From Vicugna vicugna (lineage: Eukaryota), in contig MU058781.1 of the NCBI GenBank assembly GCA_013265495.1, positions 1,530,963 to 1,594,962 on the forward strand: a DNA stretch of 64,000 bases, read 5' to 3'. Position 1 is the first letter of the stretch, and every line of letters starts with the position of its first letter. The notes under the pieces are model-generated. The model was not told where the DNA came from. It saw only the letters and a list, made by a program, of their open reading frames with translations, and did not search any database. Of this stretch, positions 53,648-64,000 are shown in pieces. The translations under genes were made by a program, and so were the position numbers.

Positions 53648-54731
53648 TGGCACACTGAATACTTAAAGGTGATGCTGCTGATTGCACTCTTTTTGTAATA
53701 CTGTTACTTTCCACATCCAGACACCTAGGATCCCTCGCAGCAACCCTCCAAGGCAGATACAGTTATCCTCATTTTACAGATGGGGAACAGGAAGTTTGCT
53801 AGGTTAAGTGACTTGCTCAAGGCAACAGAGCTAATAATTGGCAGACCTGGGACCCAGATCCTCAGTTGTCCATGACACCTGAAGCTCTTGACTGTTACCT
53901 GGTACTGCTTCTAAACATTGTCAGGCAATAATAGCCCATATAACCAACATTCCTTCTGTGACACACTCAAGCGAAGATCAGTCTTTGATTTATGGCCATA
54001 GCAGCTCCTAAGGAGTGTTGTGCCTTTGCTCAGAAGAGGTCCCCTCAATCCTGATTGACAGAAGGACTGTCTGTTGCTGTCGTTTTACCCAAAATCACGT
54101 GTCAGTAAAAGTGGTGCTCTGAGACCGACCGCATCCTTGGTCATTCTCTAGGGTTTATGTAGGTACTAATGCAGACCCACTCTCATCCTGTTTATTTTTT
54201 GTAAGCCTTGTCATTATACTTATCGCTGTGCGACATCATGTTTGTCTTGTCTTTCCCTTCCCCAGGAATGGTAGCTCCTTTAGAATGAGGACTTTTGTTC
54301 CTTTCGTTCACTGCTCTATAATCAACTGCCTAAAATGATGCCAAACACATAGCAGTCATTAAGTATTTGAGTGAATAAATTCAAATCAAAATCTGACCAT
54401 TTCAGTGAACAAATGGTATGGAAGTCTCACATATAAGTAAATGTATTAAGGAGTTAAGGACTTAGATGGGACCTTAAAGTCCCGGAGTTCCATTTTCCTG
54501 ATTATTTTTGGAGTCGTGATACTCAGCGTTGCCTTCCCATCCCCTGGCTTTAGCTTCCTTTTTCAGTTCTCAGATGGTCCGTTCGTGTGAATCTACCTGT
54601 CACTGCATAACTTTTTCTCCATTTGTGGGATCCGTTGGTAGTTTTCATGGGTCGTGAAACCACTTACCTCTTTCTGGAGAATTATGACATGATGGTGCCT
54701 GCCACTGAGTGTTCGTTTTACACTTCAGCAG

Positions 54732-54894
54732 AAATGGACTCCTGTCGCCGACTTCACTCACCACGCCCACACTGCCTCCTTGTCAGCCGTGGCTGTAAAT
54801 AGCCGTTTTGTAGTCACTGGGAGCAAAGATGAAACAATTCACATTTATGACATGAAGAAGAAAATAGACCACGGGGCTCTAGTGCATCACAATG
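54732..54894 (+). CDS. PAK1IP1: PAK1IP1 exon 2 (alternative start 54729, NAGNAG)
   Basis: ttcagcag| KWTPVADFTHHAHTASLSAVAVNSRFVVTGSKDETIHIYDMKKKIDHGALVHHN(G) |gtaagg. Confidence 0.93.
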
Positions 54895-55463
54895 GTAAGG
54901 AAATTTTCTCCTTTAAGGTAATAATGTTGAGGTATTATTGACTTTACAGTTTGACTTCAGTTGAACAATTCATTGGGTCTGTTACGTAACAGATTCTATG
55001 CCAGGACATACACAAATGAAAAACATGTGGTTCTTTGTCCTGAAGTCATCCACAGCCTGTATTGGGAGACCAGGAAGGCACTTAGTGCAGAGGGGGAGGA
55101 GGAGGCAGTACATCCTGGTTTGTTCCCCAGATTAGCTCATTATTTTTGTTTGACTTCTGCTCAAACAAGCCTCGCCAGCCATCTCAGTTTATGATTATGG
55201 GGGTGTAAAGCGAGAAAGAAAGGTAATTGGTTCAAATCTATATCTACAGCTAGAGAAACTCTGCTGAAAATATTTGCATAGACTTGAAACTGTATGTCCT
55301 TATATGAAAAAAATTAATTTCTTCACAGAAGACTTAAAGGAATATTTCAGTAATTATTAAGACATTGGCTGTTTTACTTCCTGCAGCATAGCCTTCAAAT
55401 GAGAAATGGAGTTTGTACTCAAAGATGAATATATGAGTTTTGCCTCTCTTGGTTCTTCCACAG

Positions 55464-55584
55464 GCACAATAACTTGCTTGAAATTCTATGGCAACAGGCA
55501 CTTAATCAGCGGGGCAGAGGACGGACTCATTTGTGTCTGGGATGCAAAGAAGTGGGAGTGTCTGAAGTCCATCAAAGCTCACAA
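55464..55584 (+). CDS. PAK1IP1: PAK1IP1 exon 3
   Basis: ccacag| (G)TITCLKFYGNRHLISGAEDGLICVWDAKKWECLKSIKAH(K) |gtgagt; WD repeat. Confidence 0.95.
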
Positions 55585-55658
55585 GTGAGTCCAGCCTTCC
55601 CCACTGGTGGTCGCCAGGTGCCAGTGGAGCTGAGGGCTAACTGTCGGTTTCCTTTTAG

Positions 55659-55733
55659 AGGACATGTGACCTCCCTTTCCATTCACCCATCTGGCAAGTT
55701 GGCCCTGTCTGTGGGAACAGATAAGACATTGAG
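55659..55733 (+). CDS. PAK1IP1: PAK1IP1 exon 4
   Basis: ttttag| GHVTSLSIHPSGKLALSVGTDKTL(R) |gtaagt; preceded by a 74-nt intron. Confidence 0.95.
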
Positions 55734-56241
55734 GTAAGTTATTAAGGCCCAAGAGCACCTTCATCAACTTGTGGTCTCTGTTTTCCAAGTACAGCAAGAA
55801 CCCACCACTGGGGTGTCTTTTACCACAGAAACTAGGTACCATTTCTGTATCACCTCACATTGTCAGCATTTGAAGAGATTTTAACACAAGGGAAAGGTTG
55901 AAAGCTAGTGAACCTTTTCATAATGGAAAGAAAAAGAATGACAAACTCTAACCTCAGACACTCACATTACATTGCGGCCGTAAGCCTGGATGTAGAGTGT
56001 GGTCCTAAAAAAAGTGTTTTAGGAGTGAAACCTCTTGAAAACATAATGGATTCAGCTTAGGAAACGGCTGTGGGAACAGAGGGACTTTTATCCTTGCTTG
56101 ATAGTAAGGATTTCGGGTGTTGCCATAAGAAAGAAGGCAGTTCTTCTAAGTGGCCAAGTAGTACATTTTCACAAGTCTTCGTTAAGCTCACCGCTACACC
56201 TAGTCAGTGATTGTGCCGTCAATGAGCTTCCTGTTTTGCAG

Positions 56242-56294
56242 AACATGGAATCTTGTGGAAGGAAGATCAGCGTTCATAAAAAACATAAAACAAA
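56242..56294 (+). CDS. PAK1IP1: PAK1IP1 exon 5
   Basis: ttgcag| TWNLVEGRSAFIKNIKQ(N) |gtgagt. Confidence 0.95.
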
Positions 56295-56647
56295 GTGAGT
56301 GTTTTTGTTTGGAATGTTCTTGATAACCTCATGGAATGTTAGTGTTTACACATGTGTTCTTGTGCACATGCATGTGTCTGTTTATCCCCTGCACAGTGGT
56401 GGTGCCCCTCGGAGAGCAAATACTTTCTTTTCCTACTTTAGATTAAGATCCCCGTATGACCTTAATGATTCTTTGAACTAGTTCATTGTCTAAAATTTAA
56501 CTCACAAAATACCATGAGTTTGTTGTGGAGTTAAATGGGATAATGGCTATGAAATGCACAGTGTAAATATTTGCTATTTTTATTATTAACCTGATCAATT
56601 TATTTTTTATTTATGAAATACAGCAGCTTTGTTCTTCTGACTTACAG

Positions 56648-56793
56648 ATGCTCACATAGTAGAGTGGTCCCCAAGAGGAGAGAGATACGTAGTTGTCATA
56701 CTGAACAAAATAGACGTCTATCAGCTTGACACTGCATCTGTTAGTGGCACCATCACAAATGGAAAGAGAATATCTTCTGTCACGTTCCTTTCA
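56648..56793 (+). CDS. PAK1IP1: PAK1IP1 exon 6
   Basis: ttacag| AHIVEWSPRGERYVVVILNKIDVYQLDTASVSGTITNGKRISSVTFLS |gtaagt. Confidence 0.95.
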
Positions 56794-56887
56794 GTAAGTG
56801 ATCAGAAATCAGCGAGGGGAGTTAGTGTGTGTGGTGACGGCTGGGATTGTAGGTGACATTCTGGGTGTTACTCTTTTTCCTTCCCAG

Positions 56888-56985
56888 GAGTCTGTCCTTG
56901 CCGTGGCTGGAGATGAAGAAGTTGTAAGGTTTTTTGACTGTGATTCACTAGTGTGCCTCTCTGAATTTAAAGCTCATGAAAACAG
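56888..56985 (+). CDS. PAK1IP1: PAK1IP1 exon 7
   Basis: tcccag| ESVLAVAGDEEVVRFFDCDSLVCLSEFKAHEN(R) |gtactt. Confidence 0.95.
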
Positions 56986-57004
56986 GTACTTTTTTTCACT
57001 AATC

Positions 57005-57025
57005 TGTGTGTGTGTGTGTGTGTGT
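57005..57025. repeat. (TG)n microsatellite 20 nt into PAK1IP1 intron 7
   Basis: Direct observation. Confidence 0.9.
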
Positions 57026-58668
57026 AGAGTCTCAATAAGTGTTATAAATAGCTTCATAAAGTGGGGTATATGTTTTTTATGAACAGTTGCAGAGAGAGAC
57101 AGACACATCTACATAGATAAGATTTCTGGAGCCCCAAAAGATAGTGGAAATGTTGTCATCTTGGCCTGAGTAGTGCTAAAGTGGTGAAGTTGTCATCAGG
57201 ACTAGTCATTTGCACAAGAGATTTAATTTTCCAACAGTTTCATTAGACTTGAGGCTTCAAATCAACCCTATTTGAACAGGGGACAAACGAAATATCATGA
57301 GCTCTGCCCCCACCCTTCTTGTCCTTTCACTTTTCCCTCCTTGTCCACTTTAGCCCCTTTCTACACTACTTGTTTTTCCTGCTGGAGAAATAAATGACAT
57401 CTTGACCCCTGTCTTGGGCCAATCTCTGTTAACCTGTTACTGCTCACTGCATCTCTGGGGGTAGACATGAGTCTCAGAAGTAAACGATTCAGTCACTTGA
57501 CAGAGATGACCCACCTCTTAGGTGTTGGAGCTGGGAGCCAGCCCGCTTCTGTCTGACTCTGCCCCTGCTTCTTCCTCTGTAATTCTGAAAAAGGTGATCA
57601 TGTACACTTATACCTTAATGTGTTTTGTTTGTATGTTCTTTTATGTTTCAAGTAACTAGTAGTTTTTATTTTCTAAATAATAGTTAAGCTTTTAAGAAAT
57701 CTCTTTGTAAATACTCAGAATATTGCAATCAGTATACAGGCCCTGGTTTTCCTCTGTACTGGGAAGTGAGCATAGAGTATGGCCTTCTTCAAGGCTATAT
57801 AGCACTTGTGATATTTGACCATTCATTCATTCATTCATTCAACAAGTATTCACTGAGCATTCTTTAGGAGATGCTGCACTAGGTATTCAATGATGAACCT
57901 GAGAGACAAGAGCTTGTACTCTCCTGGCTCTTATATTGCAGTGGGGCAACAGACATAAGATAAGTAAGCAGATAATTATAACAGGAAGGAAATAGGTATT
58001 ATGATATAAGAATAACGGGTAACTTACTTAGATGGGGTGATTGGGGAAGGAGGAGTGAGACCTTAGGGATAAATGAGCCATTTCTACAGAGAGGAGAGAA
58101 CTGTAGGCACAGTGGCCCTGGGGGAGGAAAGAGCTTGGTGTGTTTTAAGCAGCTCCTAGCTTTGTAGAATTTTAAACCTGGAGTAACGTGATTTGATTTA
58201 CATTTTAAAAAATTGTTGGGGGACAAAAATGGAAGCAGAGAGGCTAATTAGTCTGCTCCATAATCCAGAAGAAAAATGACAGTAGCTTAGATCAGACTGG
58301 AGTTGGGAGAAATGGATGCAAAGGAGTACATTTCTCTCTGTACTGACTTTGTAGTTTCTTGAGGCAAGGGGCTTTAAGTATCTTTATTTCCTCTGTGATA
58401 ACCTGATTATTTATAGTTATCCATCATCATCTTTGGAACTTTTTCTTAACATATGGTTGTCAGGTAATTTTACTTTGGAATTTAGACCCTGAAGTGACTT
58501 ACCTACTCATGGGACTGGAAGGCATGTGGTATTTTAGACACCACTTGTTGAGCAGTTTGGAAACACTGAAGCATTGAAAAATCCAAGAGACTGTGTACAT
58601 AGTCTTTCTGGCAGTATCATACCATCTGGAAGAAAGGATCTTTTACGGTGTTACTATTTCTGTTCTAG

Positions 58669-58768
58669 GGTAAAAGACCTATTCAGTTTTGAGACTCCAG
58701 AGCATCATGTTATTGTTACAGCATCGAGTGATGGTTTCATCAAAATGTGGAAGCTTCACGAGGATAAG
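58669..58768 (+). CDS. PAK1IP1: PAK1IP1 exon 8
   Basis: ttctag| VKDLFSFETPEHHVIVTASSDGFIKMWKLHEDK |gtcagt. Confidence 0.95.
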
Positions 58769-59513
58769 GTCAGTGTCTTAGCACAGTGTAAATACACCAA
58801 ATGCAGGTCTTACTGTTGGTATCACTGAGTTAAATGAGGTGGAATTCTCGTTGAGGGTCATAAGACATGGATCTTCAAACTTTTAAAATCTCTTCCAGGC
58901 ATGATTGATATTGGTGGTTTTGAAGTTAGGGTTCCGCAGCCCTGCCTCGGGTTGGCAGGACCCAAGAACTCCTGCTCTTTCAATCCGAGAAGCGCTAGCT
59001 TCTTCTCTTTTATATATATCAATGTTCTCTGTCAGATTTTGTTACATAAAAATATTGCCATTACTAGAAAAAAAATGGAAGAATTTTTATCAATTGCAGA
59101 AGCAACAGTAGTTTTGAACGAGGTAACTGGAAGGTTAAATTCCCTTTGTCGTCTTCCCCATGGAGACTTGGTTGTTTATTCTTCATCCTCTTATAGACAC
59201 GTTCTGTGAAAGTGCTTTGTTGAGTATCTACTTTGTGCAGGGTTCTTTGTTAAAACCTACAAATGAACAAGATAAAATGGTCCGTTTCCTTATCGGAGTA
59301 GTTCTTAGAAGTTGTCCCTTGTGAAGGACAGAATCAAATGAATCATGAATCCAGATAAAGGATTTTTTTCTAAACAGTATATTTTGTACTCAGGAAAGTA
59401 CAGTGTAAGTTTTAAGTTAAGGTAACTTGCTTATGGAAAAATGAAAGTAACGATTTAAAATTCTCCTGTGTTAGTTGTTATAGTTGTTACCAGTTTTCTT
59501 TCTTATGTTTTAG

Positions 59514-59637
59514 AAGGTCTCCCCGTGTTTACTCTGTGAAGTAAACACTGATGCCAGGTTGACTTGTCTTGGAGTGTGGCTAGACAGAGCGACAGATACG
59601 AGAGAAAGCCCGCCTCCAGATGCAGAGACTCCTCCTG
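59514..59637 (+). CDS. PAK1IP1: PAK1IP1 exon 9
   Basis: ttttag| KVSPCLLCEVNTDARLTCLGVWLDRATDTRESPPPDAETPP(V) |gtaaat. Confidence 0.94.
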
Positions 59638-59789
59638 GTAAATGAAATTGATCGTTTAAAAAAACTAAATAATATGTTATCTCTTGAATTGTTGAAGTGG
59701 AGGAGAACCAGATAACTTCACTTTGTCGTCAGTTTGTGCTACTTCAAAGGGAAAAATAATCTTTAAATGCACTGTCTCTTGTGTTTTAG

Positions 59790-60055
59790 TAAGTAAAGAA
59801 GAAGCGTCCAAAAGCAACAAAAAGGAATCTGGTGACGAGGTGGAGGAGGGAGAGTGGCAGTCAAAACCTGGCACGAAGAAATGTGGATCAACTGGTGATG
59901 GTGACAAGCCAGCAAAAGGAAACAGCCTGGTGTCAGCCAAGAAGAGGAAAATGGTAGAAATGTTGGGAAAAAAAGGAAACAGCCTGGTGACAACTAAGAA
60001 AAGGAAAATGGTAGAAATGTTGGAAAAAAAGAAGAGAAAAAAGAAGAAAATGTGA
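59790..60055 (+). CDS. PAK1IP1: PAK1IP1 terminal exon, proximal copy (10a)
   Basis: gtgttttag| (V)SKEEASKSNKKESG...KKRKMVEMLEKKKRKKKKM* TGA 60053-60055; exons sum to 1230 nt = 409 aa + stop. Confidence 0.88.
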
Positions 60056-60143
60056 ACAATGTAAAGAAAAAAGGAGAAAATATGGACAGTGCAGTGAATC
60101 CCAGACTAAATAATCCTTAAATGCACTGTCTCTTGTGTTTTAG

Positions 60144-60409
60144 TAAGTAAAGAAGAACCGTCCAAAAGCAACAAAAAGGAATCTGGTGACGAGGTGCAGG
60201 AGGGAGAGCGGCAGTCAAAACCTGGCACGAAGAAATGTGGTTCAACTGGTGATGGTGACAAGCCAGCAAAAGGAAACAGCCTGGTGTCAGCCAAGAAGAG
60301 GAAAATGGTAGAAATGTTGGGAAAAAAAGGAAACAGCCTGGTGACGGCTAAGAAAAGGAAAATGGTGGAAATGTTGGAAAAAAAGAAGAGAAAAAAGCAG
60401 AAAATGTGA
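60144..60409 (+). CDS. PAK1IP1: PAK1IP1 terminal exon, distal duplicate (10b); intact, usage unknown
   Basis: Same acceptor gtgttttag| and the same 266-nt frame, (V)SKEEPSKSNKK...KKKRKKQKM*; five amino-acid differences from 10a. Confidence 0.55.
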
Positions 60410-60879
60410 ACAATGCAAAGAAAAAAGGAGAAAATATGGACAGTGCAGTGAATCCCAGACTTCTCCTTAGAGAAGAATTTTTCAAAATGTACTTATTTTT
60501 TTCCTAAGTAAAGACTAAGTAATTTCTTCTTTTGAAGAAATACGTACAGCTTAAAAATCACTTTCAGGTTTTTTTTTTAAACAGTGGTAAAACTTTTTGA
60601 TAGGCTGTAGGTTATTATATTATTACGGTGATATATAGTATGTTAATATGTAGTATATAATTTTTACTGTTGTGTAAAGCAAAGGTCTTTCTCAAAATAT
60701 TACAGCTTAATATAATACAAAATCTTGAACACATTTCTTTACCAGAAGTGGATAAGCACTCTGGGAAAAACTAGCAGGACAGGCCTACAGATAGTCAGAC
60801 ATTTTCAGAAGATTTTATGAGACCAATTTCTTGCCTCTTCTCATGTCTAGAAAAGTAGTAAAATCATTAATGGAGACAC

Positions 60880-61072
60880 CTACTCCTCATGCGTGCGAGC
60901 AGCCTTCTGCCAAAATGCTTGCGCGCACTGTGCTCCTTCGCCAAGATCACATGTATCTTGGAGCACTTCCTCAGAGCTGTCTGAAAGGCTATCCTGGGCT
61001 ATAGGCCCCATTTTGCCCCAAGTGAAACTTACCTCACAACTCTCACGTTGTGCATTTTTCCCCCTAGTCAAT
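60880..61072 (+). mobile_element. LTR 3' fragment
   Basis: ttcctcagagctgtctga...cattttgccccaagtgaaactt..cacaactctcacgttgtgcatttt resembles an artiodactyl ERV1 LTR R/U5. Confidence 0.5.
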
Positions 61073-61419
61073 AATGTGCTGCAATTTGCTTTTTCACTCA
61101 AAGATTCTATTTATTAGATCTATTCTTGTTGGTATTTGTAGGGGATGAAAAAGGGAAGTCAAGGATGACACCCATCTTGTGGTGGTATAGCAACTGAGTG
61201 AATGATTGTGTGGGAAACAGATCTGGAGTGGGAGTGGAGATGATGTGTGGGCAGCAGGCATCACAGAGGTAGATGGAGATTTAATTCACCCCCTGTGCCC
61301 TCTAAGATGCTTTTCTAGTAGCCTCACTCCCTAAAACAAACACCAGAAGAAGCCGCATTGTCTAGTCAGTGGCCACCATATTGTCTGCAGGGAGAAAGTC
61401 CCTTTTCCATAGCAGCAAA

Positions 61420-61857
61420 CTTAACAAATGCAAGTTCATGTGCAGGTGGCGCAGAGAGGCTGAACAAACTGAAATGTGGGAGTTTGGGGCAGAGAAAGGC
61501 TAATCACAGGGCCAAACAAGGAGAACGGGTGGCTCCTGCCCATAAAACCCCAACTCCCTGAGGAGTTCGAGGAAAGCATTTTTAAAGACTAGGTGAGCGA
61601 CTGGAGTTGCAGGGCGTGTGATCAGCCCTGTTAAGGGAATGGGGTGGTTAACATCAATCCTTAGGCACCAGTAGGTCTGGGGGCTTATGGTCATCAAGTA
61701 GTTAATTTTTTTTGGTGGTTTCAGCATCTGTAAAACAACACTGGAAGTGTGCACCAGGGACTATTATCCTGGTAATTCAGAAAGGAGCCGAAGTAGAGGA
61801 TACAGGGGAGGGGGTCTACCTTAGTAAAGCCCATAGGGTCCTTCCTGCTCAATTACA
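61420..61857 (-). mobile_element. Solo LTR upstream of the TMEM14C promoter
   Basis: Colinear similarity to 53198-53647; right terminus ..caattaca. Confidence 0.7.
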
Positions 61858-62149
61858 GAGCCACCTGATGAGGCTAGAGTGATAGTCCTCTCTGATGGCT
61901 TGCATCTGGTAATTGGTCCCCAATCAAATCCTTCAGAGTCCAGCCTGGGACGCCCTTCTAGTGCACCGAAGCCCCTTTCCTCCCTCCCCTGCCCCCAGGG
62001 CAGGCCTCGCCCAGCTCAAGCCCCTGGCAACCCCAGACTCCAACTCTGGGCGTCCAGCTTCTGGCCTGGCTGGCTCAGAGCTGGGATTAGTGCGAGTAAC
62101 CCTGACCCATGCCCTTCTTGCATGACATACGTTCAGCTACTCCCAGCCC

Positions 62150-62700
62150 CTGGGATGCGCAAATTCTGGGCTTCCCGCTGCAAGCTCCTCCCAAAGCCCC
62201 GCCCCTGGCGTTGAGAGCGCGCGAGGACTCTAGCCCCGCGCCTGACGCAGAGAGCTCGCCGGGACTCTGTCCCTGGACCCTCCCCGCCCCGCCCCGACCC
62301 CTGGCGCGGAGAGCGGGCGGTGACGCTCTAGCCCTGCCCCACGGCTCGCCCCGCCCCCAGGACTCAGAGAAAGCGCCGCGATATTTCCGGCGGGACTGAG
62401 ACTCCCGCCCCCACGGCTTGTGTGCTCTCCTTGGCCTGTGCAGACTTTCTAGAAGGAGGTTGGTGTGCTTGGGACTTGTTTTTATTTTACACCTGTTTTG
62501 ACTTTTAGCTGTTATATGAGAGGCTTCGTGGCGGCCTGCTCTTTGTTCCTCTGACCCAGGCGGGGGTTGTGGGCTGCGTGGTAGGTGCCTTTCTCTAGGC
62601 GCTCCTTTTCTGCTTTCCTGAGAGGGGGTTGTGCGCCCTGCGGAAACCCTGAGCTCTCGAGGCAAATGCTTAGCGGTGAAGCGGAGACTTGATTCGTTTC
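62150..62700 (+). promoter_or_regulatory. TMEM14C: CpG-island promoter and non-coding exon 1 of TMEM14C
   Basis: CpG-dense, several CCCCGCCC GC boxes; candidate donor GAG|gttggt at 62458/62459. Confidence 0.7.
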
Positions 62701-63554
62701 CTGGAGATTTTTATTGCTGCATCTATCTCCTTAAGAGTCCCGGTGACTCAATGCTATGTTGAATTAATGACTGTGGTACGGTCCCAAGCCTCCCCCCGCT
62801 TTTTATAGACACATAGTAACTGAAACAGAAGCAGCATGTATGGCTTTCAAGCTTAGCGTCGTTATACCAAATGCATTTCTTGAAGAAACCAGGAGTTTTA
62901 TGCTACTTTGCCAAGGGTGTCGTGTTCCACATAATTATAACTTGGGCTTTCGTATATTTTATCCTCCCTCCTCGCCCCTAGTCAAACAATAACTGAATGA
63001 TGCAAAATTAAATAGTTGTCTTCAAGTTTTACAGATGTCGAATATTGAAATAATACTTTGGGCAGGGGCGAAGAGCAGCACCCCTCCCCCCTAGAAAGGG
63101 CAATTCAAATACTTGAATTAAGGGAACAGGAGGTATTTACTTTCCGATTTAGTTATAACTTGGTTAGGTGATGAGAAGGTTAGCTGGTTAACTATAGAGA
63201 ACTGGTCAGTGAAGTTTCCTGTGGGTCTGTTATATAAGAATTGAGGTTATTACCAAAATGGTTGATATTTGTTCAGCAGTTTGTGCAGAACAGTTTTATA
63301 TATTATCCCATTCAGTGCCCACAGCAGTCCTAGGACGCTTGTATCGTTGTCACCCTCGTGGTAGGTACAGGGAAGGGAACTAAAGCTAGAGAGCTTGTCC
63401 TTTACTTCTTAGCTCCCAAGGGGTGGAGCTGGAACTTGGACCCACTTTTCTCTGATTGCTAGAGAGCTCTGCTGTTCACCACCTCTGATCCAGCCTGTCT
63501 TCCACAGGTGCAGGCCTGGTGCAACCTTCTGTCTGGACAGAGTGAAAGGGCACA

Positions 63555-63577
63555 ATGCAGAAGGACTCTGGCTCACT
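63555..63577 (+). CDS. TMEM14C: TMEM14C first coding exon (exon begins at 63508)
   Basis: tccacag| ...ACAATG CAG AAG GAC TCT GGC TCA CT |gtaagt = MQKDSGS(L). Confidence 0.88.
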
Positions 63578-63914
63578 GTAAGTGCACACCCAGTGAATGG
63601 GGGTGGAACAGCCTGAGCTTCTGAAAACCGGAGTTCCTTTTCTCATCTGACAAGGGCGCTGAGTCAGGGCTGCCGGGCAGCTTGGGATGTGGGAGGATGC
63701 ACATGTAGGCTGGGGACCTGGGTTTGAGTCCCAGCTCTGCCACTGACTCTAGGCCAGTCATCTAACCTCTCTGGGATTTATATGCGTTTGTACGGTGATA
63801 GGCTTTTTCTGGGATGATGACCTTTTAGATCCCATCCTATGGTTATGTGTTCTATCTCTTTCTCTCTTTATTTTTTTCATGGTTGGCACTGATTTCCTAG
63901 TGTTTTGTTTTCAG

Positions 63915-63991
63915 AGTGCCTTTACACTGGATTGGCTTTGGCTATGCAGCACTGGTTGCTTCCGGTGGGATCATTGGCTATGCAAAAGCAG
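63915..63991 (+). CDS. TMEM14C: TMEM14C second coding exon (gene continues past the window)
   Basis: tttcag| [25 protein letters not shown](G) |gtatgg; typical TMEM14 first TM helix; syntenic position after PAK1IP1. Confidence 0.92.
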
Positions 63992-64000
63992 GTATGGTCT

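Larger units (their letters stand above)
59754..60461 (+). repeat. 354-bp tandem duplication (59754-60107, 60108-60461)
   Basis: Manual alignment: ungapped, 10 mismatches; both copies start aaataatc and end atcccagact. Confidence 0.95.

Noticed and set aside
60407..60451. Selenocysteine or programmed readthrough at the PAK1IP1 TGA in copy b
   Set aside because: The context is TGA-A, not the leaky UGA-CUAG; no SECIS is evident; copy a has a TAA three codons later. The 30-bp duplication explains the open frame.
59915..60461. CRISPR-like or prokaryotic repeat-array interpretation
   Set aside because: Eukaryotic intron-exon context; the repeats are coding tandem duplications without unique spacers.
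62087..62665. 192-aa minus-strand ORF
   Set aside because: Lies in the TMEM14C CpG island; low-complexity R/G/A/P composition typical of spurious ORFs.

Overview
Mammalian genomic DNA, most likely camelid, inferred from many tRNA-Ala(AGC)-derived SINEs of the vic-1 type. Gene order matches the conserved GCNT2 - C6orf52 - PAK1IP1 - TMEM14C block. It contains: (+) GCNT2 isoform C, three exons, 402 aa; (-) the C6orf52 orthologue, four coding exons, 151 aa, with a TRNAU1AP-like C-terminus; a CpG-rich bidirectional promoter; (+) PAK1IP1, ten exons, 409 aa; and the 5' part of (+) TMEM14C. Introns hold SINEs, L1/L2 fragments, solo ERV LTRs and MER/Tigger DNA transposon relics. The most unusual structure is the PAK1IP1 3' end. 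The terminal coding exon is tandemly duplicated with its splice acceptor (354 bp x2, 10 mismatches, both frames intact). Each copy contains a 57-bp duplication of the KKRK basic motif and a 30-bp duplication of the ancestral C-terminus. MER41-like solo LTRs carrying GAS (STAT) motifs lie next to the C6orf52/PAK1IP1 promoter and in the GCNT2 intron. Repeat-family names and comparisons to human come from recollection, not database searches.
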